From NCBI GenBank assembly GCA_030704615.1, contig CM060732.1, positions 77,748,001 through 77,812,000 of the forward strand: a DNA stretch of 64,000 nucleotides, in the 5' to 3' direction. Positions within the stretch are counted from its first letter, which is position 1, and each line of letters opens with the position of its first letter. Both the position numbers and the translations under genes were made by a program. Source of the stretch: Takakia lepidozioides (taxonomy: Eukaryota; Plantae; Bryophyta). The notes under the pieces are model-generated. The model was not told the origin of the DNA and did no database searches. It was given only the letters and a program-made list of their open reading frames with translations. Of this stretch, positions 49,401-61,430 are shown one piece after another.

Positions 49401-51260
49401 TTTTTCAGGCCAGGGACCAGCTCACAAATGCTCTGGAGGTGGAGCTCACAGATATCCAAGTTCGGATGGCAAGCCGGCAAGTGTATGACAGATCAGGTCG
49501 GGCATATATCCTTTCTGCCCAGAGCTCTCACTTTCGGCAGCAGGCCACAACACGGGGAAGCTTTGTTGATAGTCGTTGCCGGGACTATCAATCACCTTTG
49601 ATGATGGACATGCTATTAAGATCCCAAACACTCTCCCCTAGACTCAGCCTCAGCCTCCTCAACCCCCAAAACCTGACCCACCCGGGAAACCAGGCATGGT
49701 TCTGGCCCTTTTGGTTTCTCAACTTCCCCCTCCCGCATGCTGCTGCGCAGGTCATCTGGTCGGGTCCGGGACTCCTCTCCTTTAGCATCTCCCCGCACCT
49801 CTGCGGATATGTCGAGATTGTCTTGAGCAGCATGATATGCACCTGGTAGATGCTTAGTGGGCTCACCTTTCCTACAAGTCTTCCCTTTTTTCCTGTTGAG
49901 GTTTCCTTGCCCTTGTTCTCTTCACACTCACTTTGAGCTTTTCAAGGTCACAGGTTTGCATAATGTGATTCGGGAAGTGATATGCTTCCATGCCCATCTA
50001 GGAGAGGGAGAGGCCAAGGCCGAGAGGAAGACATGCCTTATGTCTTTCTTCAAGGCCAACAATCTTTATCCCTACTTCATATCTTTGTCCTTCTCAGCGG
50101 CAGGGATTGGTCTCTTGTATGTAGTTAGGCTGAAACTGGAGCAGATAGGCGGAACAATTTTTTTCTCAGTGGAATAAGGCAGCCTCTGACTGTGGCCACC
50201 AGAAGCTGTAGTCCTCGAAGTGCAAGCATTGGACATGGAAGCTGTGTTATGGACTCTTGGAGAGGTGAAGTTAATTGTGAAGCTGAATGGAGGCTTCACT
50301 AGATGCACAGGCCGCAACATAGTAGTGCCTAGTCTGTCTGGAAAGGCATTCTATCTGCAGTGCAATTGCACATTTGTTGGTTACAAAATCCTAATATTGT
50401 TATGCAATGTTCACGTCACTTTTCAAATGATGTATACCCATCCCAGAAAGCAAGCAGGCAGTGATGTTTTTGGCTTCATCTGACATGGCAAGTAGCAGGG
50501 CCCCAGATACAGCCTAGTTTTAAGAATGTATCACTCTACCAATTTGTAGTTCTGATTCATCCCTCAGCAACAGCAATTGCAAATACCAGAGAAGGTTGGA
50601 AAGACTAGGGAGCTTGAGATTGCATTTTGCTGTCTGTACCAGAGATCTTCCATAGTTAATGGGCCGGGTACTTCAGTCAATGCTTGCTGTGTTGTGGAGC
50701 TAAATCTGAGAGTGACTGAAAAGGACCAACTGGTCCAATATTTGAAGGCGGGCAAAGAACTGACAGAGATAAAAAGGGTTCCAAGTGGTAGTAATGTATA
50801 CTAAATACTTAACTACTTTCTGTACTTCATTCACACACTGGATAGAGCATTACAAGTATAGAAAACCACGGAATTTTATTCAATCTGGCTGTTGCTACAG
50901 TGGACCGATGAGAGTTGAAGCTCCACCCCCTTCCACAAAACATCTCCCTATCAAATACAAGCTGGAATGATCACAGACTTCATATCTCCGTCAGATTTTA
51001 TGGGCAACCTCTCAAACATTCCATGCACATCATCGATCAGATTCAGTTCGAACATCCGAACACTTGGCTAATCACCGGACGCGATACCAGAAACTTAATG
51101 AGCTGTCTCAGTCTCTTTCATTTCTCGCCAGTTTGTCTATTACAGTACATGCAATGTTGAGGTGCAAATTCTACCATCCTACCTAATCTGCACGATGCAA
51201 TGTTGACATTTACTGTGTACTCCTGCAATCCGTCACTCAGAAGCGAGGGACCAAATTTCT

Positions 51261-52322
51261 TCACAAACGTAAGCGCCTGCTCTTGCACGCAGGGAGTGGA
51301 CTCCCACAAAGACCAGGATTACCGGAGAAGTCTCCAATCGTAGAGAAGGGGGCACCCTGGGGGATGGGCCCCGTTAGGTGATTGTTAGCCAGGTCCACGT
51401 ATACCAGGTCCTTGAGCTTTGCAAGCGCAGCTGGAATGTGTCCAGAGAATTTGTTGTTGTTGAGCGCTAAGTTGCGGAGTCCTGAGATCAGCCCAATACT
51501 AGCAGGAATGGTGCCAGTAAACGCATTCGAGGACACGTCCAGAAGGCCGAGCTGATTGAGGTCCCCGATGTTTGCGGGTACTTTGCCTGTCAATTTGTTT
51601 AGGGAGAGGTCCAGGTACTGCAGAGTACCGGCGAGGGCGCTCAGGTCTGTGGGGATGCCTCCCGACAGATGATTCGAACCTATGTATAGATAGGTGAGGT
51701 TGGGGAGATGAAAGATCGACTGCGGGATGACTCCAGAGAGCGATCCGCCGGAGAGGTAGAGGTAGTTTAGCTTGGGGCCCAGCTTGCCGAGCGACGCAGG
51801 GATGGAGCCAGTGAGGAAGTTACCACCCAGGCTGAGCCAGTTGAGGTTGGTGAGGGCGCCGAAAGACGATGGAATCGGTCCTGTCAGCTTGTTGTTCCGC
51901 ACATCCAGATGCTGCAGACTTTTCAGCTTCCCGAGACCCACTGGGAGATGGCCTGACAGGTTACGCAAGTCGCTCAGATCCAGGTACTCGAGCTTGGGAA
52001 GAGAGGCCAGGGAGGTTGAAAGGGTGCCAGTTAAATATACGCCCTCGTCGAAGGCCGGGTCAGGGCGCAGATCTAGCTGCGTTACATGGCCGTTGGCGTC
52101 ACAGAGCACACCGCCCCAGTTAGTCCCGCAGCAGTCGGTGTTTTGCAACCATCCTTGCAGCAGGTTGACGGGATCCTCTTTGATCCCCGCCTTGAACGCC
52201 AGTAGCGCATCCCTCTCGGCTGGCAGGCATGAACCTGCGGCATCAGCACCACAGAATGCACATGCTAGAAGAAGCCCAGTACAAAGGACGAACAGTAAGC
52301 GTCCCGTCACATGCCCCTCCAT
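51261..52322 (-). CDS. Secreted plant-type LRR protein, PGIP/DRT100-like (copy 2, inverted), 353 aa
   Basis: Start MEGHVTGRLL at 52322 aligns with the starts of copies 1 and 3; same domain layout; intact ORF. Confidence 0.95.
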   Translation of the reverse strand: MEGHVTGRLLFVLCTGLLLACAFCGADAAGSCLPAERDALLAFKAGIKEDPVNLLQGWLQNTDCCGTNWGGVLCDANGHVTQLDLRPDPAFDEGVYLTGTLSTSLASLPKLEYLDLSDLRNLSGHLPVGLGKLKSLQHLDVRNNKLTGPIPSSFGALTNLNWLSLGGNFLTGSIPASLGKLGPKLNYLYLSGGSLSGVIPQSIFHLPNLTYLYIGSNHLSGGIPTDLSALAGTLQYLDLSLNKLTGKVPANIGDLNQLGLLDVSSNAFTGTIPASIGLISGLRNLALNNNKFSGHIPAALAKLKDLVYVDLANNHLTGPIPQGAPFSTIGDFSGNPGLCGSPLPACKSRRLRL

Positions 52323-54270
52323 GCTTGATCTCCTCCGCAGGTGCCCCTTGCTGCAGAGCGATGTACAGGCACAGAATGGTAGCACTTGAGCTTCTGAAAA
52401 GTTCCACAGCTTATCACCCCAGCCACGACAAGAGGGAAAACGAGACTTGGCAATGTGTGAACTACCCACAGACTGAGACTCGTTCAGAACACAATCTGAC
52501 TTTGGCCTAAGAGGGAACCAGACGTACAAATACTGCTCAACACTACTCTGCTATCGTGCAGCACACTATGCACTGTAACAAGCATACTATGCACTTATAA
52601 CAAGCATAAGCTTACTAGTTAGCTTCACGCGAACTCTCGTGATAAGACAAGGGCCAATGGGTCAGCTCAGGTGAGGAAAAACATGTGGGCCCCCACTATA
52701 TTCCACCTCCGTTACACCTCACCACGCGGCAGGCAAGACGGTCTGTGTGGTACTTGGACGATGTCGCGCCGCCGCGTTCTGGCAACAATCTGGCAGAGAA
52801 GAAAAAAGAGATGGGCGGCCCAACATTTCCATATCACCGCAACAACAACATCCTCGGGACTTGTACATTGTCAAACTTTGATTTCTTCTTCTTCCTGTAA
52901 TCGACAAGTGAAAAAGAATCATGTGCGCAAGCACCTTTTTGTCGTTCTTCTTCTTCCTATTATCATCCTTCTGTCAAATCCTAATCCGCAGATTGGGCAT
53001 TCAAGATTCGACCACCTTGGTGTTGGCCTGCGTTGGAAAAACCAACCGGAGATTTTGAGAGATCCATCTAGAAAATGGAGGCCCTTTGAAATGGATCGAT
53101 AAGTGTCCACCAAAAACAAAAAAAGCTGGACATCAGACATGAGGGATTCGATGGGCACACAGCAGCACCAGGCCATACTCCACAACGGGGCCACCAACAG
53201 CGTCATCAAGGGACCTGCTCTCTGTCGATCTAATCCATTCCAAGCCATGGAAGACTGCTCTGTCTGCCAGAACATCTGAATCGCGATCCAACCATGAAGA
53301 GAATAGTTACATAGAGGCCGTTGAATCCATCAGGGATGGAATATTCCACATCACCTTCGTTTCTGTTTCCGTTTCTGTTCGAGGCCAGCTGGCTTATCTG
53401 GGCCAGGTAGACGAACCTAAAATGGACAGTTTTACCTAGTTCGCATGGTTAGAGTGAGCAGCACGACATAGAAACAATTTTCATGGATTAGCAAATCGAA
53501 AAGAAGTATGACCCAATTTTCTTGTTGAATTATAGTGATAAGACGAAATTGATATGGTTTTTTAAAGTCTGGGACTTGTAGACACCTACCTATTTGTGAC
53601 ACCTAGGCCCCCCAAAGCAAACAGAAATAATCCTATTATGGTTACTTTGTCATCCAATTCTAATTTTAATCTGTCATAAAGTAGACATAAACATAGCCTT
53701 CTATGAAATATTGTTAGATGACGTGATATTACATCAAAGAATGGTGAAGATGGCCCAGCAGAGTTATAAGTCAGGCTTAATGTCACTTTAAGGTAAAGGC
53801 TGTATCTCTTTAAAGTCAAGGCATGCAAAAACACAGGTGTCCCTTTAAGATCACTCTCCATCTTGGGTTACGTCTACCCTATTTCTTTAGCAAACTTCAC
53901 TTACCCATGATCATATTACTTTAAGTTGAGGGAAAAGTGGGGTGAAAGGTGTATGTTTTCCTACTACCGATGGGCAGAAAATATATATTCTGGGGAGCGT
54001 GATGAGTCTCAAGACTCTCGATAAATTTCAAATATTTTTTAAATGTAATAAATATTTTGAAATTAGTTCACCAAGTATTTGATTTCAAGGTAGTCACGTT
54101 CGACTAACCTCGTACTATGATTTGAAGGATATGATATTTGTAGTGAACGTTTTAGTCCAAGTTACTAGATATTATTCAGACTGCCCAATATTGTATCTGT
54201 CAATATAAACTAATTAACTGGGCCAGGGCAATAAATTTTGTTTTGGAGGAATGGTGCTTAGTATCTACCG

Positions 54271-54601
54271 TACGTTGCTGTCAGATTCGATAGGACAGTG
54301 TCGATATAATTATATTTTGGAGGCTCAGTCCCTTCGGCACCTCATATTTTATATTCCAGGTTTCGGCAGTTTAGGATTGAATTTCGCCACCTATGATACA
54401 AGCTTGCGATGTGAGCTCCGCATCTGTAGAGGCCGCATGCGCCCTCTGCAACGATCAAGCAGTTCACTAGCACCAAATTTTCTTATTTCTGGACAAGCTG
54501 AGTATGTAATATTTCTGGATTTTTAGACATCACTTCAGTTAATTCAAAAATTTCAACAACCCAAAATATAATTAATTTGTTTCGAATCTGACAGCAACGT
54601 A
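54271..54601. mobile_element. MITE (~330 bp), Tc1/mariner-type TA ends
   Basis: Perfect 20-bp inverted repeat TACGTTGCTGTCAGATTCGA / TCGAATCTGACAGCAACGTA; no coding capacity. Confidence 0.85.
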
Positions 54602-56949
54602 GGTACTCTCCTGATTGAGTTCTATGGGGGAGTCAACCGGCCTCTCATGATAGGTTTCACTTCACCGATTGATATGTGGCCTTTTCAACTCCAGCCGGCA
54701 GCGGAGTAGCTTGTATGATCAGTCGGGCTCTTTTTTTTTCTTTTTCTTTTTTTTTTCCTATAAACAGAACAGGGGGATTGTAGGTAATAATAGGTAAGGA
54801 AAAAATAACCTTACAAGAGCCATAAGGCGGATGATTGAGGACTCACCTCTCGTAAGTGTTATTCATTTTTAAATTTTAAAAAATAAAAAAATAAAAAGGT
54901 TGGATATTGCAAAGAATTATTTTCATTTGAGCTCCTAGCTATAAAAAGTTAATTAAGTGTGCTTGGTCAATCACTTGCTTCACCAAGAGCAATCCAAGAA
55001 CTCATAGAACTAGCAAAATCACTCTCTTCTAGCATATAAAAGAGACTTCAAATTGCACTAACGTCTTTCAACTGGATGTCAAACCGTCTTTATTCTTCTT
55101 CTGAGACATAACAAAAGGGCTCCTTCTCCTTAGGGCTCCAACCCTATTCCCCTCCCAGGCTCAGTATAGTCTATGCTCGACTTGGGTTGGCTTATTTTCT
55201 TTTCTCTCCATGAAACAGTTGCAATTCCTCTTCATAAGGTGATAACTCTGTATTTTAGGCTAAAACGCCTCTGAAATTCTGCGGGCTTAGATAGGCCCAG
55301 GTAAATGGCTCTCAGTTACTGTTCTTAGTCATCCGGCACGGTCTCTGTGCGATCAGCCTAATGGCAGCCTTGTGGCACTCTAAGGGTTTTAGTTTTTTTC
55401 CCTTCAAATAATTCCAAATAAAGCTTCCAGGGCCAGACCCCTGTTTATCCAAAAAAAAAGAGAAAAAAGGGGGCTCGTATAATAATTTGAAAACAAAAAC
55501 TATTTCTTAGCAAATCGTTTCTCATGTAGGTACTGGGCTTCAGCGTTTTTGTTTTTGGCGACTTTTCGCCAAATGGCGACTTCAAAAAATAGAAAAAGAA
55601 TACTCCGTAGCAAATTCTATGTTTTTTCATGCATGAAATCGCCAAATTTCTCAAAAAATAAAAACATTGTGGATGCATTCGCCAAATATGGATGATTGAA
55701 TGGATGTGGATGATTCTTTCCTAATCTGAATGGATGAACAGAATATATGCCTAATTTTTGCAAAACTCTGTAACCACTCGTGCTATTTTCCCGAATTTAA
55801 AAAAAAAACTCTGCTGGGCTTCATTTTCATTCTTTTTTACTCTTTTTGTTTTTGGAAATGGGACAGAACGACAGCCTCACAGTGCCAGCGCTCTAGCTTC
55901 ATACATTTCATAACTTTCGTTCATATTTATTTCTAATTATTACTTATCTCAGCACAACCTCTGCATTTTCCTTTGGGACTCGGGTTCAATCTCAATCAAC
56001 CTCTGGTCTGGTGCTCTGTCCCTGTATGGCTCAGCATAGGGAACTTCTTTTTTTTGCTTTTTTTCCTCTTAAACAGGGGACAGTGGAAATTTTCCCTCTC
56101 AAGGAGCCGTAGTCGAATGAAATAATTAATTAAATAATAAAAGTAAGAAATATTCTGTGACGTGTTGACTGAGTGCTGACATGGGAGGCCAGTAAAGAAA
56201 CCGTGTAGTGAGAAGAAGGGACGATAAGCCTGCGAGGGATGAGGGCAACAGTCTGGAGCAGTTTGACAAGAGGGACGACTGTGGGGGCCTCCTCTCATCT
56301 CCGCCATGATCTGCAGATCCATGAATGGTAGTGTGTGTAAGACTTTGTTAGCAGGAAGAGTGTGCTCCAGCATATCCTACGCTTATCCTATGCACCAAGA
56401 ATTCCTTCCAGAGATTGACGTTGGGCCTTAGTGCAGCACTGCAGCGGGGACCTATTTTGGGTTCTTGCCAGAGTGCGCGGAAGATCGATCATCGACAGAC
56501 TGGCTGGCCTACCGCGTGCTGAGGTCAAAGAGAATGGGTACGATGCACCGTGTGATGTACTGGCTGACAGAGGATAATGGGGGCCCCACATGTTTGGCTT
56601 TCAATGCACGAGTTCATGGGCCCTCGTCTAGGTGGTCAAAGAGTACTACTGCTCAGGGCATGGCAAGCTTTTAGGAGTGCGTATATAAGTGGGTCGCGGA
56701 TTGAATTGTTACAAGTGTGTTGGTTTCTTCTCGAGCTCTCTAAAGTCGATCTCTCACACACTCAAACTCACACTGTTCTATTATCTCAATTTATCATACT
56801 GCTGTTGTGCTTAGGTAGATCACACAGTACCAGACTCTCCTTTGTCTCTGTTCCTGGTTGGGGTCATCGTCTCTTTCAAAGAAGCTCAGTAGTATTGTGT
56901 GCTTGTACATCGCTCTTCAGCAAGGGGGTGAGGAGTCCTGAGATCAAGA

Positions 56950-58005
56950 ATGGAGGGTCGTGTGGCGGCAAGATCACTGTTGTTCCATTGCGCGCTTCTG
57001 GCATGGTCAATCTGTGGTGCTGATGCCGCAGGTTCATGCCTACCAGCCGAGAGGGATGCGCTACTGGCGTTCAAGGCGGGGATCAAAGAGGATCCCGCCA
57101 ACCTGCTGCAAGGATGGCTGAAAAACACCGACTGCTGCGCGTCTAACTGGCTCGGTGTGGTCTGCGACGCCAACGGCCATGTAAAGGAGCTAGATCTGCG
57201 CCCTGACCCTGCCTCCAACGACGGCATCTACCTGACTGGCACCATTTCCACATCCCTGGCCTCTCTTTCCAAGCTAGAGTACCTGGATCTGAGCGACTTG
57301 CTTAACCTGTCAGGCAGTATCCCCGTCGGTATTGGGAAGCTGACAAATCTGCAGCATCTGGATGTGCGGAACAACAAGCTGACAGGACCGATTCCACCGT
57401 CTTTCGGCTCCCTCACCAACCTCAACTGGCTCAGCCTGGGTGGTAACGACTTCACCGGCTCCATCCCCACTGAGCTCGGCAACCTGGGCCCCAAGCTCAA
57501 CTACCTCTATCTCTCCGGCGGGTCGCTCTCTGGAGTCATCCCGCAATCGATCTTTCATCTCCCCAACCTCACCTATCTATACATAGGTTCGAATCAGCTT
57601 TCGGGAAGCATCCCCACAGACCTGAGCGCCCTCGCCGGTACTCTGCAGTACCTGGACCTCTCCATAAACAAATTGACAGGAAAACTACCCGCAAACATCG
57701 GGGACCTCAATCAGCTCGGCCTTCTGGATGTGTCCTCGAATGCGTTTACTGGCACCATTCCTGCTAGTATTGGGCTGATCTCAGGACTCCGCAACTTAGC
57801 GCTCAATAACAACCAATTCTCTGGACACATTCCACCTGCGCTTGCAAAGCTCAAGGACCTGGTATACGTGGACCTGGCTAACAATCACCTAACGGGGCCC
57901 ATCCCCCAGGGTGCCCCCTTCTCTACGATTGGAGACTTCTCCGGTAATCCTGGTCTTTGTGGGAGTCCACTCCCTGCGTGCAAGAGCAGGCGCTTACGTT
58001 TGTGA
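56950..58005 (+). CDS. Secreted plant-type LRR protein, PGIP/DRT100-like (copy 3), 351 aa
   Basis: Near-identical to copy 1 including flanks; intact ORF. Confidence 0.95.
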   Translation: MEGRVAARSLLFHCALLAWSICGADAAGSCLPAERDALLAFKAGIKEDPANLLQGWLKNTDCCASNWLGVVCDANGHVKELDLRPDPASNDGIYLTGTISTSLASLSKLEYLDLSDLLNLSGSIPVGIGKLTNLQHLDVRNNKLTGPIPPSFGSLTNLNWLSLGGNDFTGSIPTELGNLGPKLNYLYLSGGSLSGVIPQSIFHLPNLTYLYIGSNQLSGSIPTDLSALAGTLQYLDLSINKLTGKLPANIGDLNQLGLLDVSSNAFTGTIPASIGLISGLRNLALNNNQFSGHIPPALAKLKDLVYVDLANNHLTGPIPQGAPFSTIGDFSGNPGLCGSPLPACKSRRLRL

Positions 58006-59969
58006 CAAGTTTGAGGAAATTATCAGTCGCTTCCGGAAAAGAGATTTCTCCACAATGTGCACCTGAATCGTTGACTAGTATGGCAATGTCTTTGGCAGAT
58101 CTAGCTGATGCAGGTTACGTTGAGGGAGACTACCCACCTTAACATACATAACAAATTACAAAGTATACAACTGGAAGAGCAATCCTCCTCAGAAGTGAAT
58201 TGTGTGCATCAATCGATCTTATCGAATAGCAGAGTAGAGAACAGAGGTTATACAAGCATATAGAAAGCTGTCGACCGAGTATCCAAACTTTCAATTTCTT
58301 AGTGATAGATGAAGACTGAGCATCACGGTCAGCACCAGTTTCACAGCATCTTCTTCGTAAGAACCTGCAATCTGGCTTGCAGATCATAGACTTTATATTT
58401 GCATCAGACAAATTATAATAAATGACAACATTATACTTCTCACAATGGCACTAATCATTGAGCAGATCATCAGTGCACCTTTGCTCCTCACTGGAAGAGA
58501 TGATTATAAAGCAGATTTCTCCTTACTGTGGTATATACTATTTACTGTTTACATCTCCTCCTTGTGTGGCATTTTGAAATTTTGTTGCGGTCAAAGCATG
58601 AAGCCGAATCAGTCCAATTAGCACTCACTTTGAAAAACTATTGGGTGGCGACCTTCCTACGCCCAATGCTTTCCATCTCTCCTCGCGGCCACAAAGTCAA
58701 CTGGTGTCAAATTGTGGAGCGATAGCATTTGGAGAGTCTCTCAAAGATTGCGCAGTCCCAGTAGAGCTGCAATGCCAAAAATATGCAATTGCAGTGATCC
58801 ATTCCCAAGTATCTTGTCCTGCAGACCGGACAGCCTTTGCATGCCTTCGCATCGTTAGGCTCTCAACTTCTTTCAAACACGGATTAAACTCCACAACTTC
58901 GTAACTGGCCTATCATCTGCATGGGAGTACGGGAAGCACAAATGAATTATACAACGACTTTTTGCACAGAGATTAAATGAAACAAGTGCTAGCTATAGTA
59001 TCCCAGGGCTCCGATGCACAGTATTCGGACCCAATCACGACATTCCTGCAGAGACAAACGCCCCTCTCCGAGAGCCATAACAACTACCATATGCACTCCA
59101 ACTCTGGGGAGAGGAGCTTTCATTAATACAGAAACCAGAGGTCACAGTCTTCAGGAGATCCACAGATGAATTGTTACTCCTTTCCCAACATCTGCTGAGG
59201 GATGTTCTAAATCAATCCCTACAAATCAATCTCTTCAATCGCAGAAGACCATAAACGATGTTATCAGAGAGGCAAGGATCGCAACTCAAGTTTACTGTTC
59301 ACTGGGCTGCTGTTTAAGCACGTAACATGAGAGCATCTTCCCAAACCCAACTTCTTGTGTAAGCAGACTCTCCCAAACCTAACATCTGAGCTTGATAAGG
59401 CTCGACAGCTGGCTCGTATGCCAAAAGCATATTATTCTATATTCGCATAATTGTAAAATATTCGAATCTTGCATGAAAGAAAATAAAATCCTAGTATTGT
59501 GAATGTCAGTAAACTCAGTGTACTATCGAATCAATATAATAGATCCTATATATTCCGTCTCCGCCATACAACGCTTCTTTAGTGAGAGATTTGTTTTGTT
59601 GCGAGTGCAATCGATAATCAGAATTGAAAAATTCTTGCTTTCTCAATCTTCACAGGTCTGGAAGAGTAGAGAGCCTACAGGGGCTAGCTAGCCAAAGGCC
59701 CAACGCTTGAGCTTGGCCGCACACCCACCCTGATGAGTGGCAAACTGGGCTGCGAACTCACCGTCGGATCCGTACGAAACCAGAACACGTGACAGGTGGG
59801 CTGCCAAGCTGCTAATGGAGTACAGGACATGGTGGAAGTCCAAGCACAGAAAGAGCAGGAGTTGTATGGAGCTCTTGACAGTCACTTTCAAACTTCATGT
59901 GAAAGTCCTTCTTCCTGTTTTGGGGATTGTTTACATCTGAAGCGTGCACAGATACACAGGGGAACAAGT

Positions 59970-60324
59970 GCATTAGAATCTCAGGCCGAGAGATCGCACA
60001 GATGATGGGTTCCACCAAGGGAAATTAATGCGACCTGACATCTGAGGAGTAGGTGTAGGTAAGTGGAGGGTTTCTCTGCTTTCGGTACAATGAGAGCTTG
60101 AAAGTCCACCCCACATATTTATTATCTCCACGGAGTACACTGTGTCCCACAGCCGAAGCGACTGATTGCAAGCCCTGTACAAGCCTTGACAGTCCTGACC
60201 ATCTAGATACATAATCGAGTTGGGGCGAACGAGGGACCACTCTGTTGGTGAGAGGGGTGAAGATCTTTTGAATATCTCCTGTCAGCTTGTTGCTTCGGAA
60301 TTCCAGATGTTGGAGGTTCTTCAA
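59970..60324 (-). pseudogene. Highly degraded LRR gene fragment
   Basis: NLQHLEFRSNKLTGDIQKIFTPLTN is one recognisable plant LRR; the remainder is decayed. Confidence 0.5.
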
Positions 60325-61430
60325 TTTTGTTTTCCTACAGTACTAACTTAACGTACTAGTGGTACTGATTCAGAACTCTCAGTCTCCCAGTAATTTTAAA
60401 TTACCTAATAAGTAATTTTCAATTAATTCACCCAGTTTATGTTTTATTTTTTGTAAAATAGGGGAACATAGGCCCGATAAGACATACTTAGTAACCATGC
60501 TCATCCAGTATGAGATGATTATATTTTTCACGTTTATACGCAATCGATATGGGTACCTATTATGGTAGAATTTGAACTCGATAATATGAATAATGTGGGA
60601 GGGGAGTGGACATGTTGTAATGGTGCGGAGATACGGACCCTTTGGATAAGTAGAATATATGTATATATGACGCCAGCCAAAGCTAGCATAATATAAGTAA
60701 GGTAGTTACACCCAAATGTGAGCGTTTAAGCAGATATGCCCATACAATTGGTGAAGTAAGGGGAAAAATTATATGACTGGATGAGCAATTGAACAAACAG
60801 CTTGTGGTTTGAATTGCATGAATTTTGGATGAAGTGGCTAATTGATATGTATTATCAAAGTGGCAGGGCACAAAAATGCTATGCCTGAGCTAAAGAGGGT
60901 ACCATAACTCACTGAAATATTATCTAATATGAAGCCTACATGTGACCTGATATGCACGAGATGTGCACTTGAAATGGCCCCCACACATTAACTACTACAC
61001 CCAATAACTCACCCAACAGCTCGGCCCACAAGAGCAAAATGTATCCTATGGTGCAGTAGCGAAATAAAGGAGATCGGATGCATGAACTCCAATAAGCCCT
61101 TGGGAAACCGTGAATGTGTGCCAAATGGTCAACCCTGCATGTAAAGTGGACCCCACTCTCCTAGATTTGGATTCTTATTTAAGCACGTAGTGATCCAAAG
61201 TGTGCCAAACTGCGTGCTTTTCCAGCCTGAAACCTCACCTCTCACTACACTAATTTGGACCATCCAAGTCTCACACGACGGCTCTCCACCTATTGTTCTC
61301 CCGCCACCACCTTGATTCCTCCCACCATCTCTATCGCCTCCCAGCAACTCCTTCCGACCATGGCCCGCCATGACAGCAACTCACTCTACAACAGGTGGTC
61401 CCGAACCTAGTTGATGCGCCCATGGCACTC

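Larger units (their letters stand above)
40787..49826 (+). pseudogene. 5'-truncated duplicate of the RING-vWA gene (mid exon 4 to exon 8)
   Basis: Colinear with 25174-31462; lacks promoter and RING exons; stops and frameshifts (near 40820-40890, 47885, 48048, 49640); Copia inserted in intron 4. Confidence 0.93.

Noticed and set aside
51772-52389. Long ORFs antisense to the LRR and PPR genes (also 37490-38165, 56886-57558, 34649-35224)
   Set aside because: Shadow frames of GC-rich coding sequence with no independent motifs
52323-52529. 69-codon N-terminal extension of LRR copy 2 in the ORF track
   Set aside because: Non-ATG start; paralogs begin at the Met equal to 52322, which is followed by a signal peptide
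59724-59800. Hammerhead-ribozyme-like layout CCCACC-CTGATGAG...GAAAC...GGTGGG (also ~40135-40226)
   Set aside because: No NUH cleavage triplet before the closing stem, stems II and III do not pair convincingly, and the paralog differs in the core
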